DNA of 64,000 nt from Selaginella moellendorffii. Lineage: Eukaryota; Plantae; Lycopodiophyta. The translations under genes were made by a program, and so were the position numbers. The stretch lies in assembly GCF_000143415.4 (NCBI RefSeq), contig NW_003314276.1:769630-833629 (forward strand), read 5' to 3'. The notes under the pieces are model-generated. The model saw only the letters and a list, made by a program, of their open reading frames with translations. It had not been told where the DNA came from and made no database searches. This document shows, piece by piece, positions 29,390 to 40,932 of this stretch. The first letter of the stretch is position 1. Each line of letters opens with the position of its first letter.

Positions 29390-30260
29390 GCAGGACAGAG
29401 AACCAGGTAAAGTCGTACTCTACGTGATTAGCTTTTGTATGTCCTCAAACTTTTGCTGTCAGGCAAAGCCAATGAGGCTGGATGAAACGCACCACAAGAA
29501 CTCAAACCTTGTAAGAAGACTGTTTTTAATTGTAATCGTTTCGATGTTTGGAAGGCTGGGAGACATCCAAGATGCAAAGAGGTTTTTCGATTCGATGCCC
29601 CCCTTTTCGTTTTAGAGAAGTTTTTGACGAATTTTTCCAGCTTATGGAAGCCGCTGGCCAATCTCTCCCTGTGTTTAGACCGTCATCACCTGTGAGTGAG
29701 AATGTTTTACAGATGGCTCCCGGCGTGCCGTGATTCTCTCCGAGGCAAATGTTTAAGAGAAGCATGCCGCTTCCACCATCCGACACAATCGGCTTTCCAG
29801 AAACGCGATGACTTCGAGAGCTCCAACACGGATAACTTCTATGGGAGCCGAGCGGCAGTAGTAGCAGCTCCGGACTCGTTTGGAAGCCTCCCTCCAATGA
29901 GAATCCAGGCGATCAAGGTACTCCAAATCACCACAGGCTACAACACTCTCCCGCTCCTCCTCTTGATTATCTTCCTCCTCCTCCTCCTCCTCCTTCACCA
30001 ACACCTTCTCCATCTTCTAGTCCTGCAGTAGAGAAGCAATTTGGCAGAGGCAATGTCATGGCATATATATAATCTTGCTCTCGTATCGTGCCACAGTTGG
30101 AGCACCTCTTCAATTTAAGACATTCTAGCAGATTCTGTAAGTTTGTAAGGTCATCTTTTTACGAAGCTGAGATTCTTTTGATGCAACATCACGCAAGCAG
30201 AAACTAGACATCGATGTCGTATAGCCAGGAGCTTGGCCATGAAAGATTTTTCACTCTGTG
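29390..30260 (+). pseudogene. Partial duplicate of the 3' half of the CCCH gene, with introns and 3' flank
   Basis: Aligns to about 26425-27560, with internal deletions and one insertion. Confidence 0.88.
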
Positions 30261-31599
30261 GTCCTGCAGCTGCCGCTCAGCTGGAGCGAACCCCATAAGA
30301 ATTGCAAACCATGCATGAGCAACTAAAAAAAAGGAGAATGCTGAAGGGCTCACTCACATGACCCGCCATCCGGAAGAGGTTCGACAGGAAACGCTGCCAC
30401 AACCACGCGTCTAGCACGGCAATGTAGACGTTCTCCAAGTGTGTAAGGTAAGAGCATACAGTAATAAGAGGAGCAAGCCTGCATTGTTACTCTTGGGTCA
30501 AGCAGTAAACATAGATAAGCTCGATTAATAAATATAACTTTGGCATCTTTAACTCCACCCTCTTCAACCTTGGGGCTGCAGGCTTGAGAGAAGCCGTGGA
30601 TGCGACGCTCGAGTTCCGGAGGGTCATCTCCTCCTTCAGGTAGAGTTGCTTCCAGTCTGTGGAGCTCCGTTCGATACGTACCTAGTTTCAAGTGGAGGAG
30701 TACTCTAGGTGAGTTGTAGAGTTTAATTTGTTGCTGTAGAACCTGGAGGAAAGGAATCTATATGTACGGTATAAAGCTCTAGACTGGTGTTCCTTTTCTG
30801 CTTGATGAAATCCTCTATAACACATTAGCACTTGGATTCAGGTTTGATCCAGGTTTGAGACTTGCTTGACTTTATGTTTTGTTATTTTTCATCATCCATC
30901 TTTTGTATTCTATCTATGTGCAAGACTTGGCCATTCTTTTCAAGCATGCAGCGGCAATCCTGATTCCAGGGATATTTTATGATATATTTATAGATTATTC
31001 CACGGGGATTCATTATTGAGACTCATGATATGACACATTTTTCAATGGTATTTAGAGATTGATCTTCATGGGATCTTGAGTGCATGAAGTTGTGAGATTC
31101 TTTTGCAACACTACTTCTACACACTCTGTCCTGAGGGATTGTAACTCTGTCTGCTCGTGTTACGAAGAAAGAAAGCCAGGTGCGGAAAACAACGCTACCA
31201 ATGAAGGTATGCCTGAATTTTCTTTGTCGTTGGTAAGTCATATTTTTGTGTGTCTTTAAAGAAGATATGCTGAAGAAGTCAGTCAGACTGTTACCAAAAA
31301 GAAAATCAAGACTGTCTCCTCTTGGATTCAGCGTCACGAGCAACCAAGGAGATCTACCAAACCACAACGATTGTGGCAATTAAATCCAAGGGCTGGAAAG
31401 TCAGCTGATGGATCAATGCCAAGTTGATGGATAATACTCCAAGTGGCCGGAATAACATGTTCTGCCACAAAGGACTCAAGTTCGTTTCAGTTTACAAAGC
31501 ATCAGATCGAGCTGAGGACACTGAAGACATTCTACATGTGCCATGTATTTTATCTGATTAGATTTTAGCTTGGCGATCTCATCTACTGGCAAAGGCTAT

Positions 31600-31745
31600 A
31601 CCCTCAAGTTACGTCCATTGCATCAAACTCCACGGGAGCTCAAAGTTACGTCCATTGCATCAAACTCCACGCCCAGAGTGTTTTCGTACTTTCGATGCTT
31701 GAGATTCGAGCAGTTAAACTGGAGCTCTACATTAGAGACAAACCT
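31600..31745 (-). pseudogene. LEA_2 gene fragment
   Basis: RFVSNVELQFNCSNLKHRKYENTLGVEFDAMDVTLSSRGV*, with a ~35-bp internal tandem duplication. Confidence 0.8.
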
Positions 31746-31923
31746 ATAAGCCTTAGTAACATTCTTCATAGTTGCCTGCAGATGCAGCTGCTTGGCTATA
31801 GAAGCTTGCTGGAGATGGTGGTCTTTCCAAAGCTCTTGAAATGCAACAAAAGATGCCAGAATCTCCAAGGATGAGTATTAGAATGGTGAAGAGAAAAGTT
31901 TTGCATTTTTCTTACTTTGCTAA

Positions 31924-31996
31924 GGGGATGTAGCTCAGATGGTAGAGCGTTTGCTTAGCATGCGAGAGGCACCGGGATCGATACCCAGCATCTCCA
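31924..31996 (+). tRNA. tRNA-Ala(AGC), degenerate, possibly a pseudogene
   Basis: GGGGATGTAGCTCAGATGGTAGAGCGTTTGCTTAGCATGCGAGAGGCACCGGGATCGATACCCAGCATCTCCA. Two G-U pairs in the anticodon stem, a C-A mismatch in the T stem, and no adjacent poly-T terminator. Confidence 0.85.
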
Positions 31997-32267
31997 AATA
32001 TGTTCAATTGTGTCTTCATGAGCTCCATGACTCACATTCAATGAGTGCCAAGTTTCTAGAGGTTTTAAAAATGGGCAAGTACATTAGGATTGAGCCTTGA
32101 TATCTATCATACCTAGAAAATTTCGTGAGAGATTAAATCGCTGTGGTTTGGGCTCTTTGGCATGCTCAAGCGATGGCAGTTCAAGTCCGACAATCCACAG
32201 CGTCACGAGCTCTCCAGTCCATTCGTAAAGCCAAAAGTACCTCTTTATTTTCTAAGTCAAGGGTTAG

Positions 32268-33387
32268 GTTATAATCTTTCTCGCTTGGATTTTTCTATTG
32301 TCGAAGCTCTCGTCAGGTAAGCTATGGTCTCTCGCGCTCACGCCGCCCCAACGCTTGCCCGCCGAGCCCCAGCGCCCTGGCATGAAGGCCATCACCGAGC
32401 TCCACACCCGCGAGCTCCAGCACATCGAACACACCACCATGGACACCATCCTCGGGGAGGGCACGAGCCAGCGCCAGCTTTAGCTCCAGTTCTTCAAGGT
32501 GACGCTCCAGTTCGAGCCCCAGCGCCAGCTGCTTTCGTTCACCCTGCTCACGGCCACCCTGCTCATCTAGCTCCAGCGCCTGGTATCCTTGATCATGCTC
32601 GCCACCACGATCCAGCTCCAGCAGCAGCAGTGTACCATCATCATCATGGTGATGGAGCTCCTCTGGTTGTTCACCACCATCACCATGGTCACCACCATGG
32701 AGGACGTCACAACCACCACCACCACCACCACCACCACCACCACCACCACCGCCACCACCACCGTCACGACGGTCATGACGCAGCAGTGGCCACACCAACA
32801 CCCGCAGCAGTAGTTACAGTGGTTCGGAGGACGCCGTGGTCGCTGCTCCAGCTTCTTCTCTGGGTTTTGGTTGCGATCTTGGTGCTGCTTGCGTGCTTTT
32901 TGCTCGTGCGATGGATGTTATCTCGAAGGAAGCAGCACAGGAATGCGATCTTTCAGGATCCCGGGTGGCAGATCGAAGTGACGAATCATCTGGAAGTTGT
33001 GGTGGACGATTCTCCAACTGAGACGAAACAGCTGGAAGCTCACACTTGTGGTTTCTCCTCAAAGTGTCCTGCCAACACTGGCAGTGACGCGTAAGTCAGC
33101 ACAGTGCATGCGTTGCCACATGGAAGATTGTGTACAAACAATCTTCAAGGAGCAAGGAGATGAAGTTGCAGAGCAAGAAGACAGCAGGCTCTTGCTCACG
33201 GACGGTGATCTCACCCAGAGATCACGTACAAGGGTCGACTGGTGGAAGTCACCAGACTTGGAAGTTATTGCACAGCTTGGCTCGGAACATGGACTGGAAA
33301 ATAAGTTTCGATTTGACTGAGCTATCCTCTAGAGGTGACAGGGGAGCAGACGTTAATGCACCTCCAAAGGCCAGAGAAGTTGCTTGA
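32268..33387 (+). CDS. Uncharacterised His/Pro/Ala-rich single-pass membrane protein, copy 1; true start uncertain
   Basis: ORF 32324-33094 has poly-His and PAPA repeats and a TM (WSLLQLLLWVLVAILVLLACFLLV-RWMLSRRK). Phase-compatible introns 32317-32372 and 33091-33149 add a signal-like exon (VIIFLAWIFLLSKLSSA) and a tail exon 33150-33387. Confidence 0.7.
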
Positions 33388-33789
33388 GACGAAAGGTTTG
33401 AGAAAAGGTAACGTACTTGTTCTTGCAGGCGCTCAAATCTCAACTTCGATGAGAAGAAGCAGAGCAGGGCATAGCGGCCAGATAAGTTTCTCAACAGTCA
33501 AGAGCATCATAAGCCGGGAATCAAGCAAGTGCAAAATTGTGTGGTCGAAGTCTAAACTGCGGCTTACAACACAGGTTGTTCGACAGGATGGGATGAAGAA
33601 CAGGATAGGTTGGTCTACCTCACAAATTGTGAATACGAAGCCGATGCATTCGTCGTGTGGACATGTGGAAGTATCAGAACTGTTCTGGAGGACAAAGAAA
33701 CACGACGTTTGTTGCCTGGAACACGATCATCATGGGACATGCACGTCTTCTATCAGATGCAACGAGAACCTGGCCTGCCTCCAAACTCT

Positions 33790-33970
33790 GAGACTTTGCA
33801 TGGAGCAGCAAAACATCGTTTCCTGGGATATGCTGAGAACAACCTTTGCTCTAGAGTGCTACGAGCAAACCGGCAGCCAAACGCTCAGACTTTTCATAGT
33901 GGTGCTCAAGGCATGTGGCGACAAGAGGCTCCACTCACAGATCCTGGAGAGAAATCTGGACGGAATCCAC
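33790..33970 (+). pseudogene. Degenerate PPR-like fragment (also at about 46200-46380)
   Basis: MEQQNIVSW...ALECYEQ...FIVVLKACG..RLHSQILE resembles PLS-class PPR motifs. Confidence 0.5.
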
Positions 33971-34559
33971 TACTCGCGTGCTCGCTCAGTGTGGAAACAT
34001 GCCTGCCGCTCGAGACTTCTTCTTGCACTACTCATTTGGAGTAACTGGAGAGCGCCCTACGAAGCATGATGGTCATAGGTACTAAAGTGTTTTCACTAGT
34101 TCATAGATTTTTTGTTTCGTCTTATAGCCTTCACAAGGTACTTCGTTTTGACGCTTGGCAATGAAAAGCTGTGGAGGCTTTGGAGCTTATCTCCTTACAC
34201 ATGGTAAGTATCTTCTTCTTGACTTTTTCATCAATGACATGTTATTTCAGGGATGGGAATGGACATACAATTTCATTGTTGAGAGGGTATTAGGTGTTAC
34301 TCATGTTGCCTTGGAAGGTTACTTTTCATTCAGGTGCTTGGGAGTTGCTGTGCTGTGTCAGAACAAGGGAACTCCATAGTATCACGGAAGGCATATGGTC
34401 TAATCTCATGGATCCAAAGAACATAATCAAAATGAGAGAAAAGCTTTTCTCAGGAGCTTGTTGGTAAACTTTGCGAGGAAAGAGTGTGATGCAAGGTTGA
34501 TGGAGGTATCAATGAAACCCAAACAAAGATGGTACCTGAAAAAAGCAAAAGGATCTTAG

Positions 34560-35680
34560 CTAGTGAAGAGATAAAAATATTTGAGAAAATATTTATCTTG
34601 TAATTAATTTACATGAAGCAATACTTGGTTTACTTGATATTAGAAATAATTATATAAATTATAAATAAAGTTAATATTATTGCATATCAATAGTGGAATA
34701 GAAAATAATATACTAGAAATTTTTTTAGGAAATTTTATAAATTTTAAACATGTTCATAAATTATAAAAAAGATTAATCTAAATGAAAAACAACCATTAGA
34801 TAGTAGAATATCCTAAAATATCCAAGCATATTCAAAGTATATATAATACCACTTCAAGTTTGCTCAAGCAAACCAATTATATATATATGGTATTTGGTCA
34901 CTTAAACTTACACAAGCTTATCACTATAAAACTTGAGACTTAAGTTTTTCCAACATTTTGTTGTAGAATATTCTTCTTTCAACCATGACCTGTACAAATA
35001 TACAAATTTCATAATTACAATTCAAGTTTCCTGGTTTCGTATTTGCAGAAGAGAAACAACAAACATATGAAGACTACAAATACTTGGTGCAAAGACAATA
35101 TACTCCAAGGCAATATAGTTTGAATCAAGCAACACTACCATAATCACATGTATATAGTTTTCAGTTAGGAAAGTATTACTGTAAATGGGAATCTTTACAA
35201 CATTATAATCAGCCAATTTCTAAGTTGCAATTGCACATACTTCTTTTAATGTTAAACTTCTAAAGTCTTTCATCCTTTGCATCCAAATGTTAAACTTTGA
35301 ATTCATCATAATGTCTGGACATAAGGTGAAAAAATAGATATTGGTATTGTATTTGAAATTAAAATAAATTTTATCTATAAATTACATGAAAAAAAGTATA
35401 GGGCATTTCTTATAATTAATCTCAAAGGGACTTTATAGTAAATAAAAACTAAATAATTATTATAAATACTAATTATTAAATATTAAAATAATAAATTATT
35501 CTATAAATTAGGTGATAACACATAACCTCTGCCATAAAGATTAAATAGTGGTAATTTAAACAGATCTAAATATTATCTAAATTACTAATTTTATTTAAAA
35601 TACCTGATTAATAAAATTGTTGCAGCTGAAACCTTAATAGAATATTCTTTAGTGTATCAGAATATTCTTGTCAACTCCCT
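34560..35680. repeat. AT-rich dispersed repeat family (other copies at about 41500-42030, 43246-43499, 46800-47940 and 51280-51730)
   Basis: Shared blocks such as ATAGGGCATTTCTTA...TAAATTAG...TTTAGTGTA(T/C)CAGAATA, AGATATTGGTATT and TTCTTTCAACCAT..CCTGTACAAATATA. Confidence 0.75.
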
Positions 35681-35968
35681 GTATAAGTAAATCATTTTAT
35701 ATAGAGCATAATCCTTTATGATGATAACTATTTGAGAGAGATGCCATTTAAAATTCTTTTTTGAACACTACTAAATAACATATACCAAGTTAGAATGGGA
35801 TTTTTAACACTACCAATGTTTTATGTAATGAAGTATAAATAAATTGAAGAGGTATTAGAATTGTCAATAATGGTGGTATAGACAAAGTTTTAGTCAGCTA
35901 AAAGGGGAGTTACTTTTTTCATTGAGAATAAAGTTTACATGACAAAGAAATGATACCAAATGAACCTC

Positions 35969-38757
35969 TTCAAGTCCCAACCCCATATTAGGGCATGGTG
36001 AGGCAAGGGGTATAGAAACACCTATATTCCATTGTCATGAGCTCTTGGCCGAGGAAGCTAACTTAGGCATACCACTAAGTAGGGGGATGCTTCTGAAGAC
36101 ATGGTCAACAAGTTGTAAGATTAGGGTTTAGGGTTTGGGGGTTTTGATGTGGGCATTAAACTTATTTTATGGGTGGTTGTAAGAAACCAACTCCCTGAGG
36201 TGTTGAAGGCTAAAAGATCCCTAAAAGCACAATTGAAATAATAAAAAGTCCAAGATTCAAGATCGAGTCCAAGACCGAGTCTGAGGTTGAGTCCGAGACC
36301 GAGTCCGAGGTCAAGTCCGAGAAAAAGTCCAAGGTCGGGTCTGAGACAAAGTCCAAGGTCGGGTCCGAGATTGAGTCCGAGACCGAGTCCGAAGTTGAGT
36401 CCAAGATTGAATTCGAGACCAAGTTCGAATACTAATACAGATTGTGGGGTGAAAGCCTAAAGCGTGTGTCTCCTGGGGCAAGTTGGGTTATAGGGGGTTC
36501 CAAAAATATAGTAGGGATAGTGAGGTTTAGGAACCAGTCTTGAAGGAACTCTCTAGTGGTGCTTCTAATGACTTGAGGTTGAGACTGGGGCCGAGGGGCC
36601 TTAGGTGGGAGTGAGCATAGACTCAAGTGGTGTTGAAGGGGCCACTCAAGGAAGTGCTCAAGAGCAACTCCCACTCTCGGAAGGGAAACCGACTATGGTG
36701 CTCTTGGCTTATATGGAGTGGTGCCCCACTTGAGTACTTTGAGGCTCATTGGTCCTCGCCCTTCCTAGGGGCTTGGGCCTTCCCTTCGGGATGGAAGTGG
36801 GGGAGTAAAGGTACCTATACCAGGTCATTAGGCCATGGTGTTTCCCCCTAGTGTCCCAAAACAAGTGTTGCACTTAAGGTTTAGGATTTAAAGGGTCCTA
36901 TAATTCACAGTCCTATCTCTCAAAGATTGGGTCATTTAGCTATAGGTGGTCATCCTAGATCCACTCCTTAGCATCCTTAGGATGTTTGCAAATATAGGGA
37001 ATAGCCTTCCCCAATATCCCTCCCACAAGACCTTTTATGTCCATGGCTATTTTTGCCAACACTGCCACTAGATCAAGGTGTATAGGCCCGACCACTAAGT
37101 CCCCTTGTTCTTTGGGACTTCCTTGTCACGTGACGACATCCTTGGTCATTACACCAAATGATTGTTTCTCTTCCTTTCCACCATCTGAGATTCTAAGACA
37201 ACATTTTGGAACACCATGGCCCTACGTGAGCCTCATGAGTACTCTCCATGCCTTCTTCCTTTGGGTGCTCTAGCCATGGGGTTAGAGCGAGGTTCCATTA
37301 AGCCATGCTAGGTATCCAAGTAGGTAGTGCCACCCATGCTTGGACTGGGAGTATTGACCATTCGATCTCCTGAGGGAACTAGAGCCAACTCTTAAAAACT
37401 TCACCAAAATACCCCGCTTGTCAATTTGTATTCACTATAGCCTTGGACTTCCCAGTGGTTATCTCATCACCCAACACTTGGGTACAACCTTCCTAGGCCA
37501 AACTGGCCTTTCCTGACCAAACTAGCTCCATTAGGGTTCAACCCCCACACTTGGTAGTATACCCAAGGTAGCCCTTCCAACCAAGGGTCCATAGCAACTA
37601 AGATTGGATGTCCCTATTTCATTCACCACGTCCTTGGTGCCACTTGTACTAAAGTGTTCAAGTTAGATATATCGAGCCACACTAAGCAATTTAATCGTGT
37701 ATCATGACTCTAGGGCATCCCCCCCTCGACGGTGTGCCCAAGCCAGTTTTCTTCATGAGAGTCCATGATCACTGAAAAATGAGTGTCCTCATATTCCAAA
37801 CTATTACCACACCCTAGTGAGTTAAGACTCGAACGCACACACTAGAGGGTTGGGACTTGAACCTAACCTTCGTATATGCATCTACAGACGGTATCACCTA
37901 GAATGTTTGGCATGACTTCCTATGCCAGTGCACCAACTTATACTTAAAGCCCGCTACAGATCATAGCTTATAAACTTAGTTCCTCTACACTGCCAAATCC
38001 TCTTATTTGACAAATTTGTGATCATGCATGGACTCCTTCATGTTTGGCCCCATGGGCCACCCCTTTTGAAGTTAACACTTTTAATTAGGGGATTTGTTCC
38101 ATTGACTTGCCAATCTCGCTTAGCAAGTCATTCAACCAACATAATATGGTTTCATGCATAAGCATAAAAGTCCTTGACCATTAACTGTCGTTCAAAGCCA
38201 TCCCTTTGAACACTCAGGAACTACTTCCCCAACCTTGATAGCTTTGCCTTATGGCAAGGTTGAAGACCATGCTTTTGCTGCACCACTCTGATTTTACGCG
38301 TTCTATGAACCATTTACACTTAGCTTTCTAGGTACTAAGCTACCTAGAATTGTCTTTGAAAACCTTGAAGGAACTCTATTCCTTAACTTGTTAAAGCCTT
38401 CCTTTCGCAAACTTTTTAATTGCTATATAGTCTAACATGGATAATTCCATGCTTTAGACTTTTCATGGCATCACAGTTGCTAATGACAACATACTCAAGC
38501 ACCCACTTGATTCTTCACTCCCAAATTACATAACCACACTTGGTGATGCCCTTTGATTCCTATGGTTTGATTTCTATCCCCTTATTACTTGCTTTTGGAC
38601 TCACACATTTCCTTCGGTATCATTTGAAGAGGTATCATTTCCTAGCATGGGTTAGTTAGGTCAACCAGGCATAGGGAACTATGCCCGACTCCCTACAGGG
38701 ATGTCGAATCTATAAACGTATTCTACAGAGGTTAGGTTTGAGTCCCAACCCTCTAGT
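35969..38757. mobile_element. Degenerate non-autonomous element(s) with nested inverted repeats
   Basis: 35969-35983 is the exact reverse complement of 37847-37861; 36018-36106 is loosely inverted to 37702-37790; 37841-37869 is inverted to 38729-38757 (27/29). No intact ORF. Confidence 0.5.
36250..36430 (+). repeat. 12-bp minisatellite (GAGTCCGAGACC variants)
   Basis: About 14 degenerate tandem units are visible. Confidence 0.85.
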
Positions 38758-39483
38758 AAAGCAAGGTTGAGTTCAACTCTATATTTGAACTCTATAGATC
38801 GTCTCTCAAGTCGTTCCCTTTAGTTGCTTACAATCTACCACACTTCCCTGCAAATTCACACCCTCGTGAATGGAAGTTGAGAGCTGCAGCCCTCCCGAGA
38901 GCCTACACACCCTACCCCTTGGGTCGAGCCCAGCCAGAACAAACTAGATCAACCAGATATTAATTAACATGTGGTGTGATTCCCCTAGCCAACCAATAAA
39001 GTCAGACTCAAAACCCCTTGTGACAAGTGGTCTTCCTAGAATTTAAAAGTTGCAAGCACTTTAGAAGATGCAAATAAGTAATATAAGTTCATACGTTTAT
39101 AGTGGGTTGGAGGTAATATTTTAAAAAATGTAATTTTTGAACTACTAACTTAGTTGATATAATGGTTTATTTGTTTTCCACATTTAAGAACTTCAATTAT
39201 TCCTTAGATAAGGAAATACTTGCATTGATATCTTTATTAATTATCTTTCTTTAGTAAATGAGTTTTGAAATACTTACTATGTAAGTGTTAACAACAAATC
39301 TTATTGAAACTTACCATGTGATATGGCTATAAAAAATAAATTTGTGTATTTTAATATAAAGCTTGCTAAAATGACTTGGTCATCTCTATCTTATAATAGA
39401 CCTTTATTGCCATAAATGTGACTTTGGGTATCGAAAGTTATTTATCGGCTAGTCCTTTTGAATATTCTTTCTTTACTGCCACG

Positions 39484-40932
39484 ATGGCAGGAGGTCGGTA
39501 TTGTTAAACTTGTTATCAATTTCCCACTTGAGTTAATTGAGAAATGAGAAAATATTTGTTGATGTTGAGATTTGAGTGAAATGAAATGTCTCTCTATAGG
39601 ATTGATATTGATTTTCATTAGTCTCGATGGAGATAGTGTTGATAATTTGGTTGTAGCTTGTGTTGTTGACATTCGTGCATTTGCTAGTTAGCAACTGTAT
39701 TGACGTTTAAATGAACTGAGTGGCAAGTTTGAGTTAGTTGTGTTTTAGACGAAATTGTTTAGTAGGGGTTGAGTTTTAAGTTTTTCCTTGAAAAGTGATT
39801 TAGTCATGGATTATGCTAACTTTACAAGTGGAAGAGTTAGTGATCAATATTAAAATGTTTGAATCCTTATTGGATTTGAGTTGGAATATATTGATCATTA
39901 ATGATTCCTCTTGTGCTTATTACGATGTGCGTTACGTCTTGCTATAAATGGATTCATGGAGGATCGTTTGGTGATTATTTGTTGAGCATAACTTTATTGT
40001 GCTTAACTTTTAGATTGATGTAGACATGCTCTCTAATAGCTTTATATTATGAAGTTTGACTTCTAGATGTGTTGAGAAAGATATTGTGGGTTATACCATG
40101 ATTTCTACTTTAGTATTGAAGTTAGTTCATGCAAGACTTGTGATCATTGTTAAGCACGATTTAGTTATAGGCTTCTTTGAACTTTTTGTTCCTTGAATTT
40201 TTTTTTTATGCTCATTGTTCAATTTGCTAGAAGTTGTTAGGGAAGGCATTTTTGGCTCCTTAGCTTTGATATTGAAGTTGACTTTTGCATTTAACAATCA
40301 TTGGTGATGATTGACTATCATTTAAGATAGTTGATTATCCTTATCAAAAGTTTTGCTTGATTGTTGTTGCTATAAAATAATTTGCTGTTCTTTGGGATGG
40401 TGGATTCTTTCTTTGACAATGATTTTGCATATCTCTTTTTGATAGGATAATTAATGATCTTTCATGATGGTTAGTTGTTTTCTTTGATGGCTTATGGCTT
40501 TTTTGCAATATCACATGTTCTTTGTGGTTTGCTCTGGATTGGTCTCTTGGGTTTGAGACATCAATAGGATGTTGCTGACACTTGCTTAGGCAACTTGAGT
40601 TCCTTGATATTATTAACCAGGATTTATTCAGATTGGTTGATGCGATAGTTGGCATGACTAAATGTTTGTTCGTTCTGCAACATTCATTATGTTATGTTGA
40701 TCATTACTTGAGGTAGTTCTGATAGATTGGGATGTTATTTCCTTTGAGTGATACATTCGCGAGCATTTTGTTTGTCAATCAATGATACTTTGTGTTCTTT
40801 GAGTTATCTTTAGTAAGTTGTTTAGCTTATTATCTACCATCTTCGGTAGTTAAGTTTCATCATTGAGTTTCCTTGATGATATACACAATGGCAGGAGGTC
40901 GGTATTGTTAGACCCATTATCAATTTCCCACT
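39484..40932. repeat. 1.45-kb segment bounded by 45-bp direct repeats
   Basis: ATGGCAGGAGGTCGGTATTGTTA.....TTATCAATTTCCCACT at 39484-39528 and 40888-40932. Confidence 0.75.

Larger units (their letters stand above)
27941..31745. repeat. Degenerate large inverted repeat (arms about 27941-29357 and 30481-31745)
   Basis: Collinear reverse-complement blocks: 27941-28050/31600-31745, 28481-28511/31566-31598, 28641-28864/31200-31430, 29042-29085/30596-30640 and 29330-29357/30481-30510. Confidence 0.8.
31780..35825 (+). repeat. Segmental direct duplication, copy 1
   Basis: Collinear with 44105-48545 from ATGCAGCTGCTT to ACTACTAAATAACATATACCAAGTT...ATGTTTTAT. Confidence 0.9.

Noticed and set aside
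32322-32813. Poly-Gly, poly-Val and poly-Thr ORFs overlapping the His-rich gene
   Set aside because: Other reading frames of the (CAC)n repeat. Only the His frame continues into a TM helix with compatible splice sites.
33335-34069. 244-aa ORF downstream of the His-rich gene
   Set aside because: Non-ATG start, patchwork of PPR-like remnants, and the frame is broken in the duplicate copy.
35640-35670. TAGTG as a possible CACTA transposon terminus
   Set aside because: Homology among the three copies continues past TAGTG, and no matching CACTA end or 3-bp TSD was found.
36210-36430. Minisatellite considered as a CRISPR array or an SDS-repeat protein
   Set aside because: Eukaryotic context, contiguous 12-bp units with no unique spacers; the ORF is a by-product of the repeat.
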